A DNA stretch of 61,995 nt, from positions 1 to 61,995 of IMG/VR virus record IMGVR_UViG_3300037246_000486; one strand, written 5' to 3'. Both the position numbers and the translations under genes were made by a program. Origin of the DNA: a virus. Lineage: Duplodnaviria > Caudoviricetes. The notes under the pieces are model-generated. The model ran no database searches and was not told the DNA's origin. It saw only the letters and a list, made by a program, of their open reading frames with translations. Positions 26,312-35,343 of the stretch are shown here, one piece after another (the first letter of the stretch is position 1; the number at the start of each line of letters is the position of its first letter).

Positions 26312-28772
26312 GATGACCACCGCCACCGCCGGCCAGTACCCAGAGTTGATGGAAGCCATCCGGGCCATCCGGGCCGTCTGCGACGGGGCCCACCGCAACG
26401 ACGGGGTGGGGTTCACCGTCCAGCACGCCCGCATGGGGAAGGAGCTGGCCGCCAGGGCCGAGTGGACCCACGACCTAGCCCTGGAGGCCTACGCCATCCT
26501 GGCCACCTACCAGCACACGCAGCTGCCCGGGTTCGGGTTGGACTACGACACCCTCCTGTGCCCGGTCAGGTCCGACCAGGACGTCGCGTGGAGGCCCATG
26601 ACCAACGAGGAACGTCGCGCGGCATTCCCCGCCAAGAAGGTGTTCGGATCCGTGCAGCTCAGGGACGACCAGTTCGTGGTGCGCTTCCCCTACGAGCCCA
26701 CCTTTGTCGACAAGGTCCGGTCCATGAAGGGCCGCACCTGGAACCGACCCCACGCCCAGGCCTGGACCGTGGAGCCCAGCTTCGGCAACGTCACCATCCT
26801 CCTGACGATGGTGAACGGATGGGACATGACCCCCGAGGTGGTGGACCTGATGCACCAGGTCAACGAGGCCGGGCCGACCCCGGCGGACCTGCCCCCGGAG
26901 TTCAACATCGAGCTCGAACGGGACGAGGATGGGGAACCCCAGCTTTGGATCATGAGGTGGGACCGGGAGGACCCCCAGTTCGACGAGCGCAAGTCCGCAG
27001 TGAAGGCAGTCACCGGTCGCCGGTGGGATGCCAAGGCGTTCAGGTGGACGGCTCCCATCTCCGCCACCACCGCCACCGAGATCCAGGAGGTCTGTGCCGC
27101 AACCGGTATGGACATCTCCGAGGAAGCCCTGGCGGTCGCCCACTCCTTTGAGGAACGGGCGGACGCCCTGCTCCTGGCGTCCAGGCTGGACGACGCCGAC
27201 CTGGTGGTGGAGGGCTTCGCCGAGGGCCTGGAGCTCATGCCATTCCAGCGGGCAGGTGTCGCCTTCGGGTTGGCCGTACCCCGGTTCATCCTGGGGGACG
27301 AGATGGGACTAGGCAAAACCATCCAGGCCCTCGCGCTACTTCAGAAGCGCAGGTCCTATCCCGCCCTGGTCATCTGCCCGGCGTCGGTGAAGCTCCAGTG
27401 GGTGGAAGAACTGACCAAGTGGTTGCCCGGGATCACGGTGGACTACCTCCGGTCCCGCAGCGACTACGGGCTCCTCACCCAGCCCGATGTCCTGGTGGTC
27501 AACTACGACCTCCTCATCACCGTGCCACTGAAGGGCGACGACGGGGAGAAGGTCCTGGACAAGAACGGCAAACAGAAGCGGGTCAACAGCAACGCCCTCG
27601 AGTCCGTCCTCAACCTGGACTGGGAAGCCGTGGTGGTGGACGAGCTCCACTATGTGAAGAACCCGAAGGCCCACCGCACCATGTCGATCAAGAAGATCGT
27701 CAAACGCCTGGCGCCGGATGCCCCGGTCATGTTGCTGTCCGGTACGCCAATCAAGTCCCGCCCGGTGGAGCTGGTCGAACCCCTGAAGATCATCGGCGTG
27801 TTCAACGAGGCGTTCGGTGGGTGGAACAACTTTGTCCAGACCTACTGCGGCGCATACCAGAACGGGTTCGGGTGGAGCACGGGCGGGTCCAGCAACCTCA
27901 CCGAGCTCGGGGACAAGCTGCGCAGCACCTGTATGATCCGCCGGTTGAAAAAAGAGGTCCAGGAGGAACTGCCCGAGAAGACCAGGGTGCGGACCGTGGT
28001 GGAGATGACCAACCCCGCCAAGTACAGGGCGGCCGAGGACGACGTTATTGCCTACTACGCCGACCGGAAGCTCCAGGACAAAGAGTTTCTCGTTACCTTG
28101 GAGGGGCTGACCCCGGACGAGAAGGACCAGGCCCGGAACGCCCGGCGGTTGTCGGTGGCATACAAGGCCCGCCAGGCCGAGGCACTGGTTCGGATCAATG
28201 CCCTGCGCGGGCTGGTGGGGGAGCTCAAGGTCAAGGCGGTAATCGCCTGGGTGAAGGACTGGCTCGAGGTCAGCGAGGGTAAGCTGGTCATGTTCGCCCA
28301 CCATGTCCGGGTCCAGGCCGCACTCGCGGAAGCGTTCGGGGACCAGGCGGTCGCCCTGCGCGGTGGCATGACCGCCACCGCCAAGAAGCAGGCGATTGAT
28401 ACCTTTATGCAGGACGACAGCGTCCGGGTCTTCGTGGCGTCCCTGGGCGCTGGTGGTACCGGCATCGACGGGCTGCAACGGGTGGCCGACACCGTAGCCT
28501 TCGTGGAGTACGCCTGGACCCCGGGCGAGATGCAGCAGGCCGAGGACCGGGTGCACCGGATGTTCCAGGACAGCGACTCAGTTGTCATTCACCACTTCGT
28601 TGCCGTGGACACCATCGACGTCGACTTCCAGGAGACGCTCGCAGCCAAGCAGCTCGTCCTGGACGCGGTGCTCGGTGACGGGGACAACGAAGAACAGGCG
28701 GCCAAGGCCAGGGGCGCGAACGTGTTCGGCGCAATCGAGCGCGCGCTGCGGGCCAAGGCGGAGGGAGTGTAG
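26304..28772 (+). CDS. SNF2/SWI2-family helicase-like ATPase (HARP/annealing-helicase type)
   Basis: 'LGDEMGLGKT', 'VICPAS', 'VVDELH', 'LSGTP', 'QAEDRVHR' motifs; N-terminal 'GRTWN'/'GRRWD' repeats. Confidence 0.92.
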   Translation: MPEMTTATAGQYPELMEAIRAIRAVCDGAHRNDGVGFTVQHARMGKELAARAEWTHDLALEAYAILATYQHTQLPGFGLDYDTLLCPVRSDQDVAWRPMTNEERRAAFPAKKVFGSVQLRDDQFVVRFPYEPTFVDKVRSMKGRTWNRPHAQAWTVEPSFGNVTILLTMVNGWDMTPEVVDLMHQVNEAGPTPADLPPEFNIELERDEDGEPQLWIMRWDREDPQFDERKSAVKAVTGRRWDAKAFRWTAPISATTATEIQEVCAATGMDISEEALAVAHSFEERADALLLASRLDDADLVVEGFAEGLELMPFQRAGVAFGLAVPRFILGDEMGLGKTIQALALLQKRRSYPALVICPASVKLQWVEELTKWLPGITVDYLRSRSDYGLLTQPDVLVVNYDLLITVPLKGDDGEKVLDKNGKQKRVNSNALESVLNLDWEAVVVDELHYVKNPKAHRTMSIKKIVKRLAPDAPVMLLSGTPIKSRPVELVEPLKIIGVFNEAFGGWNNFVQTYCGAYQNGFGWSTGGSSNLTELGDKLRSTCMIRRLKKEVQEELPEKTRVRTVVEMTNPAKYRAAEDDVIAYYADRKLQDKEFLVTLEGLTPDEKDQARNARRLSVAYKARQAEALVRINALRGLVGELKVKAVIAWVKDWLEVSEGKLVMFAHHVRVQAALAEAFGDQAVALRGGMTATAKKQAIDTFMQDDSVRVFVASLGAGGTGIDGLQRVADTVAFVEYAWTPGEMQQAEDRVHRMFQDSDSVVIHHFVAVDTIDVDFQETLAAKQLVLDAVLGDGDNEEQAAKARGANVFGAIERALRAKAEGV

Positions 28773-28807
28773 TCATGGGGCTGGACCCCGGTAGTGAGGG
28801 CCTACAT

Positions 28808-28904
28808 TATTTCTGAGATATGGGCTGGTGGTGCGTGGGCCCAGGTGGCACACTACCGGTATGCGAGATCACACACACCACACACACCGCGGAGGACACA
28901 CACA
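28808..28904 (+). promoter_or_regulatory. Repeated early promoter, copy 5
   Basis: TATTTCTGAGATA (28808-20), CTGGTG, 18 nt, CACACT (28849-54), ATG at 28861, CA tracts, GGAGG SD. Confidence 0.7.
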
Positions 28905-29930
28905 ATGAGCCGTCCAGACTTGCTTGAGAAGTTGGCCAAGGTCATGGCCCTGATGGACTCCCCCAACGAGGGTGAGGCTGCCGCAGCTGCAGCCCACCTC
29001 GCCCGCCTCCTGGAGAAGCACAACCTGGAGATGGCCGACCTGGAAGCGGCAGGACAGGATGCTCCCAAGGTCGAGAAGGGCTCCGCCGTCAAACTGTCGA
29101 ACAACCCGATGTCGGATCCCACCATCAAGTGGAAGGTCCACCTGGGTGAGGCAGTCGCCGAGCACTTCTACTGCTTCGCCCTGACCTCCTACGACGACGA
29201 CCGGATCCAGTTCATCGGTCGCCGGGAGAACCTGGACAGCCTGGAGCTCCTGTACGAGTGGTTCATCAAGCAGATCAAACGCCTCGCCAAGGACGAACGT
29301 CGGGTCCACCTCGAACTGACCGGTGATGACGTCCCGGGCATCCGCTGGCAGATGGCATTCGCCGAGGGTTGCATCGAACGCCTGCGGGAACGCCTGTACG
29401 ACGAGCGGGAGCGGCACGCCACCAAGCAGTCCACCGGCCTGGTCGTTTCGCACAGCAATGAGATCAACGACTTCATGGAAGATGACATGGGGTACCGCCG
29501 GGACGGTCGTAAGACCAAGCGGCAGCAGGAACGTGAGCAGGAGTGGAAGGACACCATTGCCCGCAAGGCCGAACTGCTGGCCTCCGACCCCGCCGAGTAC
29601 TACCGGCAGTATCCCCTCGAGCATCCTGACAAGGTTGCCGAACAGGAGATGCAGGACGCAGCCCGTGCCAAGCGCCGGGACGCCAAGGAGCGCCGCAACG
29701 AGGGTCGCCGTCGCCGGTACCGTGAGGCCAAGGACGGTCTGCGGGACCTGGCCGGTGTCGATGCCGGTACGTTCGGCGGGGACAACTGGGGTGGCCGTAC
29801 CGACTGGGTAGCCGAGGACCAGAAGAACGCGGCCGAGGCTGCCGGGTACCGCAAGGGCGACGACGTCAACCTGCGGCCCCACCTGGACGGGGACGACCCC
29901 GCACGTAAGGGCCTGAAGGAGGGCAGCTAG
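28905..29930 (+). CDS. DUF2786-domain protein
   Basis: N-terminal 'LLEKLAKVMAL..SPNEGEAAAAAAHLARLLEKHNL'. Confidence 0.75.
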   Translation: MSRPDLLEKLAKVMALMDSPNEGEAAAAAAHLARLLEKHNLEMADLEAAGQDAPKVEKGSAVKLSNNPMSDPTIKWKVHLGEAVAEHFYCFALTSYDDDRIQFIGRRENLDSLELLYEWFIKQIKRLAKDERRVHLELTGDDVPGIRWQMAFAEGCIERLRERLYDERERHATKQSTGLVVSHSNEINDFMEDDMGYRRDGRKTKRQQEREQEWKDTIARKAELLASDPAEYYRQYPLEHPDKVAEQEMQDAARAKRRDAKERRNEGRRRRYREAKDGLRDLAGVDAGTFGGDNWGGRTDWVAEDQKNAAEAAGYRKGDDVNLRPHLDGDDPARKGLKEGS

Positions 29931-29932
29931 TC

Positions 29933-30232
29933 ATGGACGTGATCACGTACACCAGGACGGTCTACTACGGTGCCGGCCACCAGGTCCGGGCAGTGGAGCT
30001 CTGGGAGGTCATGCCCACCTTCGTCCAGGCCACCACCTGGATGGAGTGGGACGCCCGCCCCACCGCCCGACCCGGGACCAAGGGTGGGCACACCACCAAG
30101 CGGACCGAGACGGTCGTCGCCGACGTCACCCCAGACGAGGGCCGGGCCATCGTGGACATCATGGTCAAGGCCCGGGTGCGTGCCGGGTACACCGACGCCA
30201 CCACGCCGATGGGAGTGACGCATAAGACATGA
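29933..30232 (+). CDS. Hypothetical protein
   Basis: 99-aa ORF following GGAGG. Confidence 0.55.
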   Translation: MDVITYTRTVYYGAGHQVRAVELWEVMPTFVQATTWMEWDARPTARPGTKGGHTTKRTETVVADVTPDEGRAIVDIMVKARVRAGYTDATTPMGVTHKT

Positions 30233-30318
30233 TCGCAGTTCCACCAGGCGGACAGGGGCTGGCCCCGGGGAGTGTGTGCCCCGGGGCTTGTCCCGTCTAC
30301 CGCAAGTAGGAGGTAAAT

Positions 30319-30789
30319 ATGGACAGCATGTTCAAGGTGGTCCAGGAGCGCATCGCAGATGCGCTGGAACGGATCGCCCTTGGCCTGGAGCTCGGACCCG
30401 AGTCCAGGACGATCAACGTCTACATGGACGGTAAGCTCCTGACCGCGCAACTGGTCAAGGAGATGCCCCGGGTACTGGCGGACCGGCGTAAGGTGGCCCC
30501 GCCCCAACGGTCAGACCTCCGCAGGGAGCGTACGGCCGTGGAGAAGCTGGAGGTGCGGTACCCCGGGCTCCTCAAGGCGTGTAAGCGCCGGGTGAAGCTG
30601 GGATCGGTGTGGCACCGGAAGGCCGGCAAGGCTGGGGTCATGGTCGTGAAGGTCGTTGGCCGCGGGGTGACCCACGCCATCCTGACACACCGGGGCACCG
30701 GCCGTGAGAGCCGGACCCGGTACGACTACTTCGACGTCAACGTCCCTGGATGTAAAGGGCAATGGCGGAAGGGAGAGCCAAGCAAATGA
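30319..30789 (+). CDS. Hypothetical protein containing a copy of the tape-measure C-terminal motif
   Basis: AGGAGG SD; 'INVYMDGKLLTAQLVKEMPRVLA'; 27-nt exact match to 16195-16221. Confidence 0.65.
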   Translation: MDSMFKVVQERIADALERIALGLELGPESRTINVYMDGKLLTAQLVKEMPRVLADRRKVAPPQRSDLRRERTAVEKLEVRYPGLLKACKRRVKLGSVWHRKAGKAGVMVVKVVGRGVTHAILTHRGTGRESRTRYDYFDVNVPGCKGQWRKGEPSK

Positions 30790-31646
30790 GCGGCATGGTG
30801 ACACCAGACGACCCGAACCGGATGGAGAAGATGCGGGTGGTGTCCATCGACACCGAGACGGTCCCGGACCCGGACTGGCTGGCATACAAGTCCACCGGGT
30901 TCGAACCGTTCGACCTGGTCCGGTACCTGAAGAAGATGAAGCGGGTGGAGCTGAGCGTCCTGGCCAGCTCCTGGGGGATCGACCCCAAGCCCTTCAAGAA
31001 CGCCGGGGACTTGATGTCCGAGCTCAACCGGGTGGCCCCCACCCTGGACGAGGGTGACCCCGGGTACCCCGAACTGATTGCCCTGTACGACAACCACGAC
31101 GCCGACCAGGGGGACGGCCTACTGCGGTCCGCTGTTCAGTACCGGGCCATGGCTTCCAAGATCGTGGCGGTCGGTTGCGCGTCCTACTACGGGGGCGCGG
31201 AGGACCCCGACCCGGACAGGACGTTCGCCGTGGCAGGAGACGACGAGGCCGAGCTCATTCGGTCCATCTTTGACATGGTGGACGGGGCTGACGTCGTGAC
31301 CGGGTTCAACCTGTACGGGTACGACCAACCTATGCTCCGCTGGCGGGCTTGCCTGCTGGGTGTCGAGTTGCCGAAGAAGCTGTGGAAGTTCCGCAGGTAC
31401 TCGGACTGGCCGTGCTGCGACACCATGTACGAGCTGGGCAACTGGGAGCCACACCCGAAGGGTACCCTCGAGGAGTGGGCCTGGCGGTTCGGGGTGGAGG
31501 CCCCGGCCATCACGGACTTCAGGGAGATCATCCTCTGGTACCAGGCCCAGGACTGGAACGCCCTACGTGCTCACGTCCTCCAGGACGCCATGAGCGCCGG
31601 GGCTTTGTACCACCGCATCGAACCGGCCTTACACCAGCCGGGGTAG
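30786..31646 (+). CDS. DEDD 3'-5' exonuclease (stand-alone, PolB-exonuclease-like)
   Basis: 'SIDTET', 'GFNLYGYDQPML', 'HVLQDA' Exo I-III motifs. Confidence 0.82.
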   Translation: MSGMVTPDDPNRMEKMRVVSIDTETVPDPDWLAYKSTGFEPFDLVRYLKKMKRVELSVLASSWGIDPKPFKNAGDLMSELNRVAPTLDEGDPGYPELIALYDNHDADQGDGLLRSAVQYRAMASKIVAVGCASYYGGAEDPDPDRTFAVAGDDEAELIRSIFDMVDGADVVTGFNLYGYDQPMLRWRACLLGVELPKKLWKFRRYSDWPCCDTMYELGNWEPHPKGTLEEWAWRFGVEAPAITDFREIILWYQAQDWNALRAHVLQDAMSAGALYHRIEPALHQPG

Positions 31647-31822
31647 ACCGAGGTATGCGGTCGTGTATAGTAGGCACCAACGAGTCAGGACCAACGGCGA
31701 AGGGAGGCAGCATGGGAACGACATTTTACAACGCCTGTTCCGTGTCCTCCTTTCGCCTGGTGGAACTCGGACTCGTCGCTCGGGCCGGCCGCTCTTCGGG
31801 GTAGCCGGCCCGAGTTGTTTTT
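31644..31822 (+). ncRNA. Candidate small RNA with its own promoter and terminator
   Basis: TAGACC-16-TATAGT promoter-like site, long rod hairpin 31680-31776, terminator 31779-31822. Confidence 0.5.
31779..31822 (+). terminator. Rho-independent terminator
   Basis: CTCGGGCCGGC / GCCGGCCCGAG stem followed by TTGTTTTT. Confidence 0.8.
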
Positions 31823-32120
31823 ATGCCCGCAGCGAGCGTGGGTCGACCAACCTGCACGCAACTGGAAGGACAACGGGCACGCGACACACCAGGACGAACC
31901 GGATGGTCCCGGTCGTAGGAGAGTCCCGGGACGAGAGCTTGGCGAGTCTGTTAGCGTATCCGGCACACGACACCACCGGGTTAGCTCCTAAGCGAATGCC
32001 AGTCAAATGTGCAATGGCCTATCGGGGCTGGCAAACTACTCGCCAACACGGGCACAGCACTGGCACACCTAGCGCGGGGTCCAACACCAGGCAAGGACAC
32101 ACCAACAGAGGGAGGATGCG

Positions 32121-33296
32121 ATGAGCGACGACAATCGTGAATGGCTACGGCGCAAGGCGTTCGGGGACGGGATGCCGATCGTCCTGACACTGGACGAGGA
32201 CGGGGGGGACACGCCCTGGTTCTGGGCCGACCCATCCAAGACCTTCACCGCAGGCAGCAAGGTCGACCAGGCTCCGGTGTGGCTGTTTCATGTCACGTCC
32301 CAGGACAACCGGCAATGGACCCTGGACGGCAACCTGAAAATGACCAGGGCGATTGCTGCCCTCGAGGTGGCGCACGGACCCCTGGGCATCGGGGCCACCT
32401 TCACCCTGGAGAAACAGATCGCCGGCAAGCGCCACGACTGGGTGGCGGTGCTGGTCAACAACCCGAACCCACCCGACCGGGCCCCGGTGCAGCCGGCCTT
32501 GGTCGTGTTCGTGGATCCCAGTGCCGGGCAGCAGCCCCCGGCCCAGGGTGTACCACCCCAGGGCTCGCCACCACCCCAGGGATCACCTCCCGCTGGTGGC
32601 GGACTATCCCCTGGTGGTGGTGCGCCCGTAGGTACCCCGCCAGGAACCCCGCCAGGGACCCCACCGCCTGCCCAGGGCGCCGTACCACCTGGCGGAGGTG
32701 TACCGGGTACCCCAGCAGGTGCTCCGGCGTTAGAGGGCGGTACAGCGCCTCCGGAATACCACGCCTCCCGGGACATGTACCGGACACCCTGGTCGAAGAA
32801 GCAGGCGCTTGGCTTGTGGGACCTGGCAGCCGACGCCGCGGGGGAGCACATCCAAGCCCTGGTCGCCCGGTTCGGGGAGGACGAGATTGACATCCTCCAC
32901 GCAGGGGATCTGTTCTGTGCGTTCCAGGGGCTCGTCGCCACCTACGTCATTCACGGGGAGCGCGGCATGCACCCCGTCAGCTTTGGGGACGAGGGTCCGA
33001 TGCCCGAAGGCGTTATGGACCGGCTCCGGATGACCCTGGACCTCCAGGCCAAGACCGAAGGGCTGGACCCGGACGCCGTGACCCGGGTGCTCATGCGGGT
33101 ATACATGGAGTCCGACCCCAACACCAAGCTCGGGTCCGTCATGAAGCGGGCTGTCAACGGTTGGGACAATTTCAAAGCGTTGGTCCTGGAAGAGATGGGT
33201 CCGGGTGACCAGCAGCAGGAGGATCCCCAGGACGACGAGGCGCCGTCCGCCCAACCTGCCAATGCTGGTGTCACCGACGAGGACATCCCATTCTAA
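32121..33296 (+). CDS. SSB-like / recombination protein with a Pro-rich linker and an acidic 'DEDIPF' tail
   Basis: C-terminus DEDIPF matches the bacterial SSB interaction tail; GGAGG SD; sits next to the exonuclease. Confidence 0.6.
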   Translation: MSDDNREWLRRKAFGDGMPIVLTLDEDGGDTPWFWADPSKTFTAGSKVDQAPVWLFHVTSQDNRQWTLDGNLKMTRAIAALEVAHGPLGIGATFTLEKQIAGKRHDWVAVLVNNPNPPDRAPVQPALVVFVDPSAGQQPPAQGVPPQGSPPPQGSPPAGGGLSPGGGAPVGTPPGTPPGTPPPAQGAVPPGGGVPGTPAGAPALEGGTAPPEYHASRDMYRTPWSKKQALGLWDLAADAAGEHIQALVARFGEDEIDILHAGDLFCAFQGLVATYVIHGERGMHPVSFGDEGPMPEGVMDRLRMTLDLQAKTEGLDPDAVTRVLMRVYMESDPNTKLGSVMKRAVNGWDNFKALVLEEMGPGDQQQEDPQDDEAPSAQPANAGVTDEDIPF

Positions 33297-33510
33297 GGAC
33301 CGGGGCCGGGTGGTGTCCCTCCCTCCCGCGTTAGTGTGTGGCGCGGTTGGATGGCAACGGGCCTCGCATCCCAGTTGCCGGCACCACTCCGGCTCCACTT
33401 GTTCGCCGTGTTCGTTGGATCCGCCTCGCGGCGGACCAGGTCCCTGGCACTTGCGCAGGGTCATGGGGGACTAGGTCCAACGAGCACGGCAACCTTTTCT
33501 GGAGGCGCGT

Positions 33511-34653
33511 GTGGTTGAGAAAGTACGAGCGACCCAGTGCGAGATGTACTGGCTCGGCAAGGGCGGTGGTCGGTGTGCCATCGGTGGGGGCCGGACGGAA
33601 CGCCACCACCTGGTGCTGCGGTCGGACACTCCCAAGGACTGCCCCGCATGTCGGGGGCTGACCCTGATCACCAACCCGGTCACGGGTGACCACGACCCCT
33701 GCCCCGAGTGCCACGCCACCGGGTACCGACCCCACGGCCTGGCTGACATCTGTACCGAATGCCACAAGCGGATCCACCGGGAGCTGAACCCCTGGCTGTA
33801 CCGGGTGGAGCTCCCGGACTTCCAGTACGCCTATGTCGAGGCACCCTCCAAGGCGGCAGTGCGGGACGTCCTCAAGATGGTGGACGAGGCTGCAGCCCCC
33901 GGGGTACCGACCACCGACCTGATCGCCGGCACCTTACTCGCCCAGGAGTGGGTGTCGGAACGGGACGGTGAGGTGGTCCTGTACGGGGACGAGCCCCGGC
34001 GGTGGAAGGTGGCGTTCTTGTGGGGCAACATCAGCGAGCGTATGGAGCGCGGGGTGGTCGACCTGGACACCGAGACGGACCTGGGTTCGGAGATCGTCAA
34101 GGCGGGGGCCTGGCGGGTGGGCCGGGCCATGTATCAGCTGGAGCAGATGGGGGACGCCTGGCAACTACTCGGGCACCGGTCCCTGTCCATGTTCGCCACG
34201 GCCAAGGGCTTCGCTCCCCGTACCCTGCGGGCCTACCTGGCCGCCGAGCGTACCCTCCAGGAGTCACCCCAGATCCGACCCGACCAACGGGAGGCCATCC
34301 GGCACCTGCCCATCCAGTTGATGATCGATGCCCGCGCCCCCATGTCCGAGATGACCACGGACCAGATAGACATCCTCCTGGCCAAGGCAGAGACCCTGCC
34401 GACTGCCCACCTGGTCCAGGAGGCCAAGAAGGCGGCAGGTGTGATCGCCGCCCAGGCGGAGGGGAAGCACAGCGCGTCGGTGACCCTGGTGTCGCGGGCC
34501 GCCACCTTCCCCGTGGAGAATGTGGTGTACGGTAGAGGCGAGTCACCAGTCCATAAGGCGAAACAGCAGGTCGAGTTCCGCAACCCCGGTGCCGTGATCG
34601 AGTGGGCACCGAAGGGTCAGCAGAAGTGGGACCGCAACAAGGAGGATGACTGA
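33511..34653 (+). CDS. Protein with an N-terminal HNH-like nuclease/Zn-finger region
   Basis: 'ERHHLVLRS' ... 'LADICTECHKRIH' with CPACRG/CPECHATG between them. Confidence 0.55.
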   Translation: MVEKVRATQCEMYWLGKGGGRCAIGGGRTERHHLVLRSDTPKDCPACRGLTLITNPVTGDHDPCPECHATGYRPHGLADICTECHKRIHRELNPWLYRVELPDFQYAYVEAPSKAAVRDVLKMVDEAAAPGVPTTDLIAGTLLAQEWVSERDGEVVLYGDEPRRWKVAFLWGNISERMERGVVDLDTETDLGSEIVKAGAWRVGRAMYQLEQMGDAWQLLGHRSLSMFATAKGFAPRTLRAYLAAERTLQESPQIRPDQREAIRHLPIQLMIDARAPMSEMTTDQIDILLAKAETLPTAHLVQEAKKAAGVIAAQAEGKHSASVTLVSRAATFPVENVVYGRGESPVHKAKQQVEFRNPGAVIEWAPKGQQKWDRNKEDD

Positions 34654-35309
34654 TGAGCGAACACGAGGCCAAGGCTATTAAGCCCCCGGTCACGAACCCC
34701 CAACTCGGACCGCAGGCGATGGAGACGGTCTGGACCCTGGTGCCCGAGGCGCTACAGGCCACCCTCGGGTGGCAGGTGGTGGAGGACGTCTTCACCCAGA
34801 TGAGATCCCTCCGGGCCACCGGCAGGGTGTCCAAGTCTGTGGTCAAGAAGCTGTGGGCCAAGCTTGGGGAGTACCCGCCCTCGGTTGTCCGCGACGCCAT
34901 CGAGGTGTTCCTCCGTGACCACCACGGCAAGGAGGAACGGTACCTGGTGGGCATCGTCCGGTCCGAGGCGAAGAAGGTTGCCCGGGCGGAACGGATCGGC
35001 AAGGCAGAGACCAAGGTGGCAGCGGACCGCCGACCCCCGCAGGTTGGACTACCACGGGCAGCCGTCCACCTGGGCAGGGTGGTCATGTGGCTCAGGGAAT
35101 GCTACGCTCGCCCGGACGTCACCGCCGACCAGCGGGAGCAACTGGGCCTGGCGGGGAAGGCCCTGTCCGACGCGCAGGCATTGTGCATCACCAAGGACCA
35201 CCCAGGTGCCCGCGAGCTGGACGTGATGTGCGACGCCTGGGAGGTGGTGGTCAAAGACAATGTGCCGGAGGGGGTTGAGGTCCCCATGTTCAGCCCCTAC
35301 GGTTTCTAG
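34653..35309 (+). CDS. Hypothetical protein (possibly replication-associated)
   Basis: 218-aa ORF coupled by a TGATG overlap. Confidence 0.5.
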   Translation: MSEHEAKAIKPPVTNPQLGPQAMETVWTLVPEALQATLGWQVVEDVFTQMRSLRATGRVSKSVVKKLWAKLGEYPPSVVRDAIEVFLRDHHGKEERYLVGIVRSEAKKVARAERIGKAETKVAADRRPPQVGLPRAAVHLGRVVMWLRECYARPDVTADQREQLGLAGKALSDAQALCITKDHPGARELDVMCDAWEVVVKDNVPEGVEVPMFSPYGF

Positions 35310-35343
35310 GAATTCTTGTACCGACGACGAGGGAGGATGCGAG

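Noticed and set aside
23035-28904. Repeated motifs read as a CRISPR array or attachment sites
   Set aside because: Spacing is irregular (0.7-3 kb), whole genes lie between copies, each copy has promoter geometry, and no cas or integrase gene is present.
16195-30478. Diversity-generating retroelement template/variable repeat pair
   Set aside because: The match is only 27 nt, shows no adenine-specific mismatches, and no reverse transcriptase is encoded.
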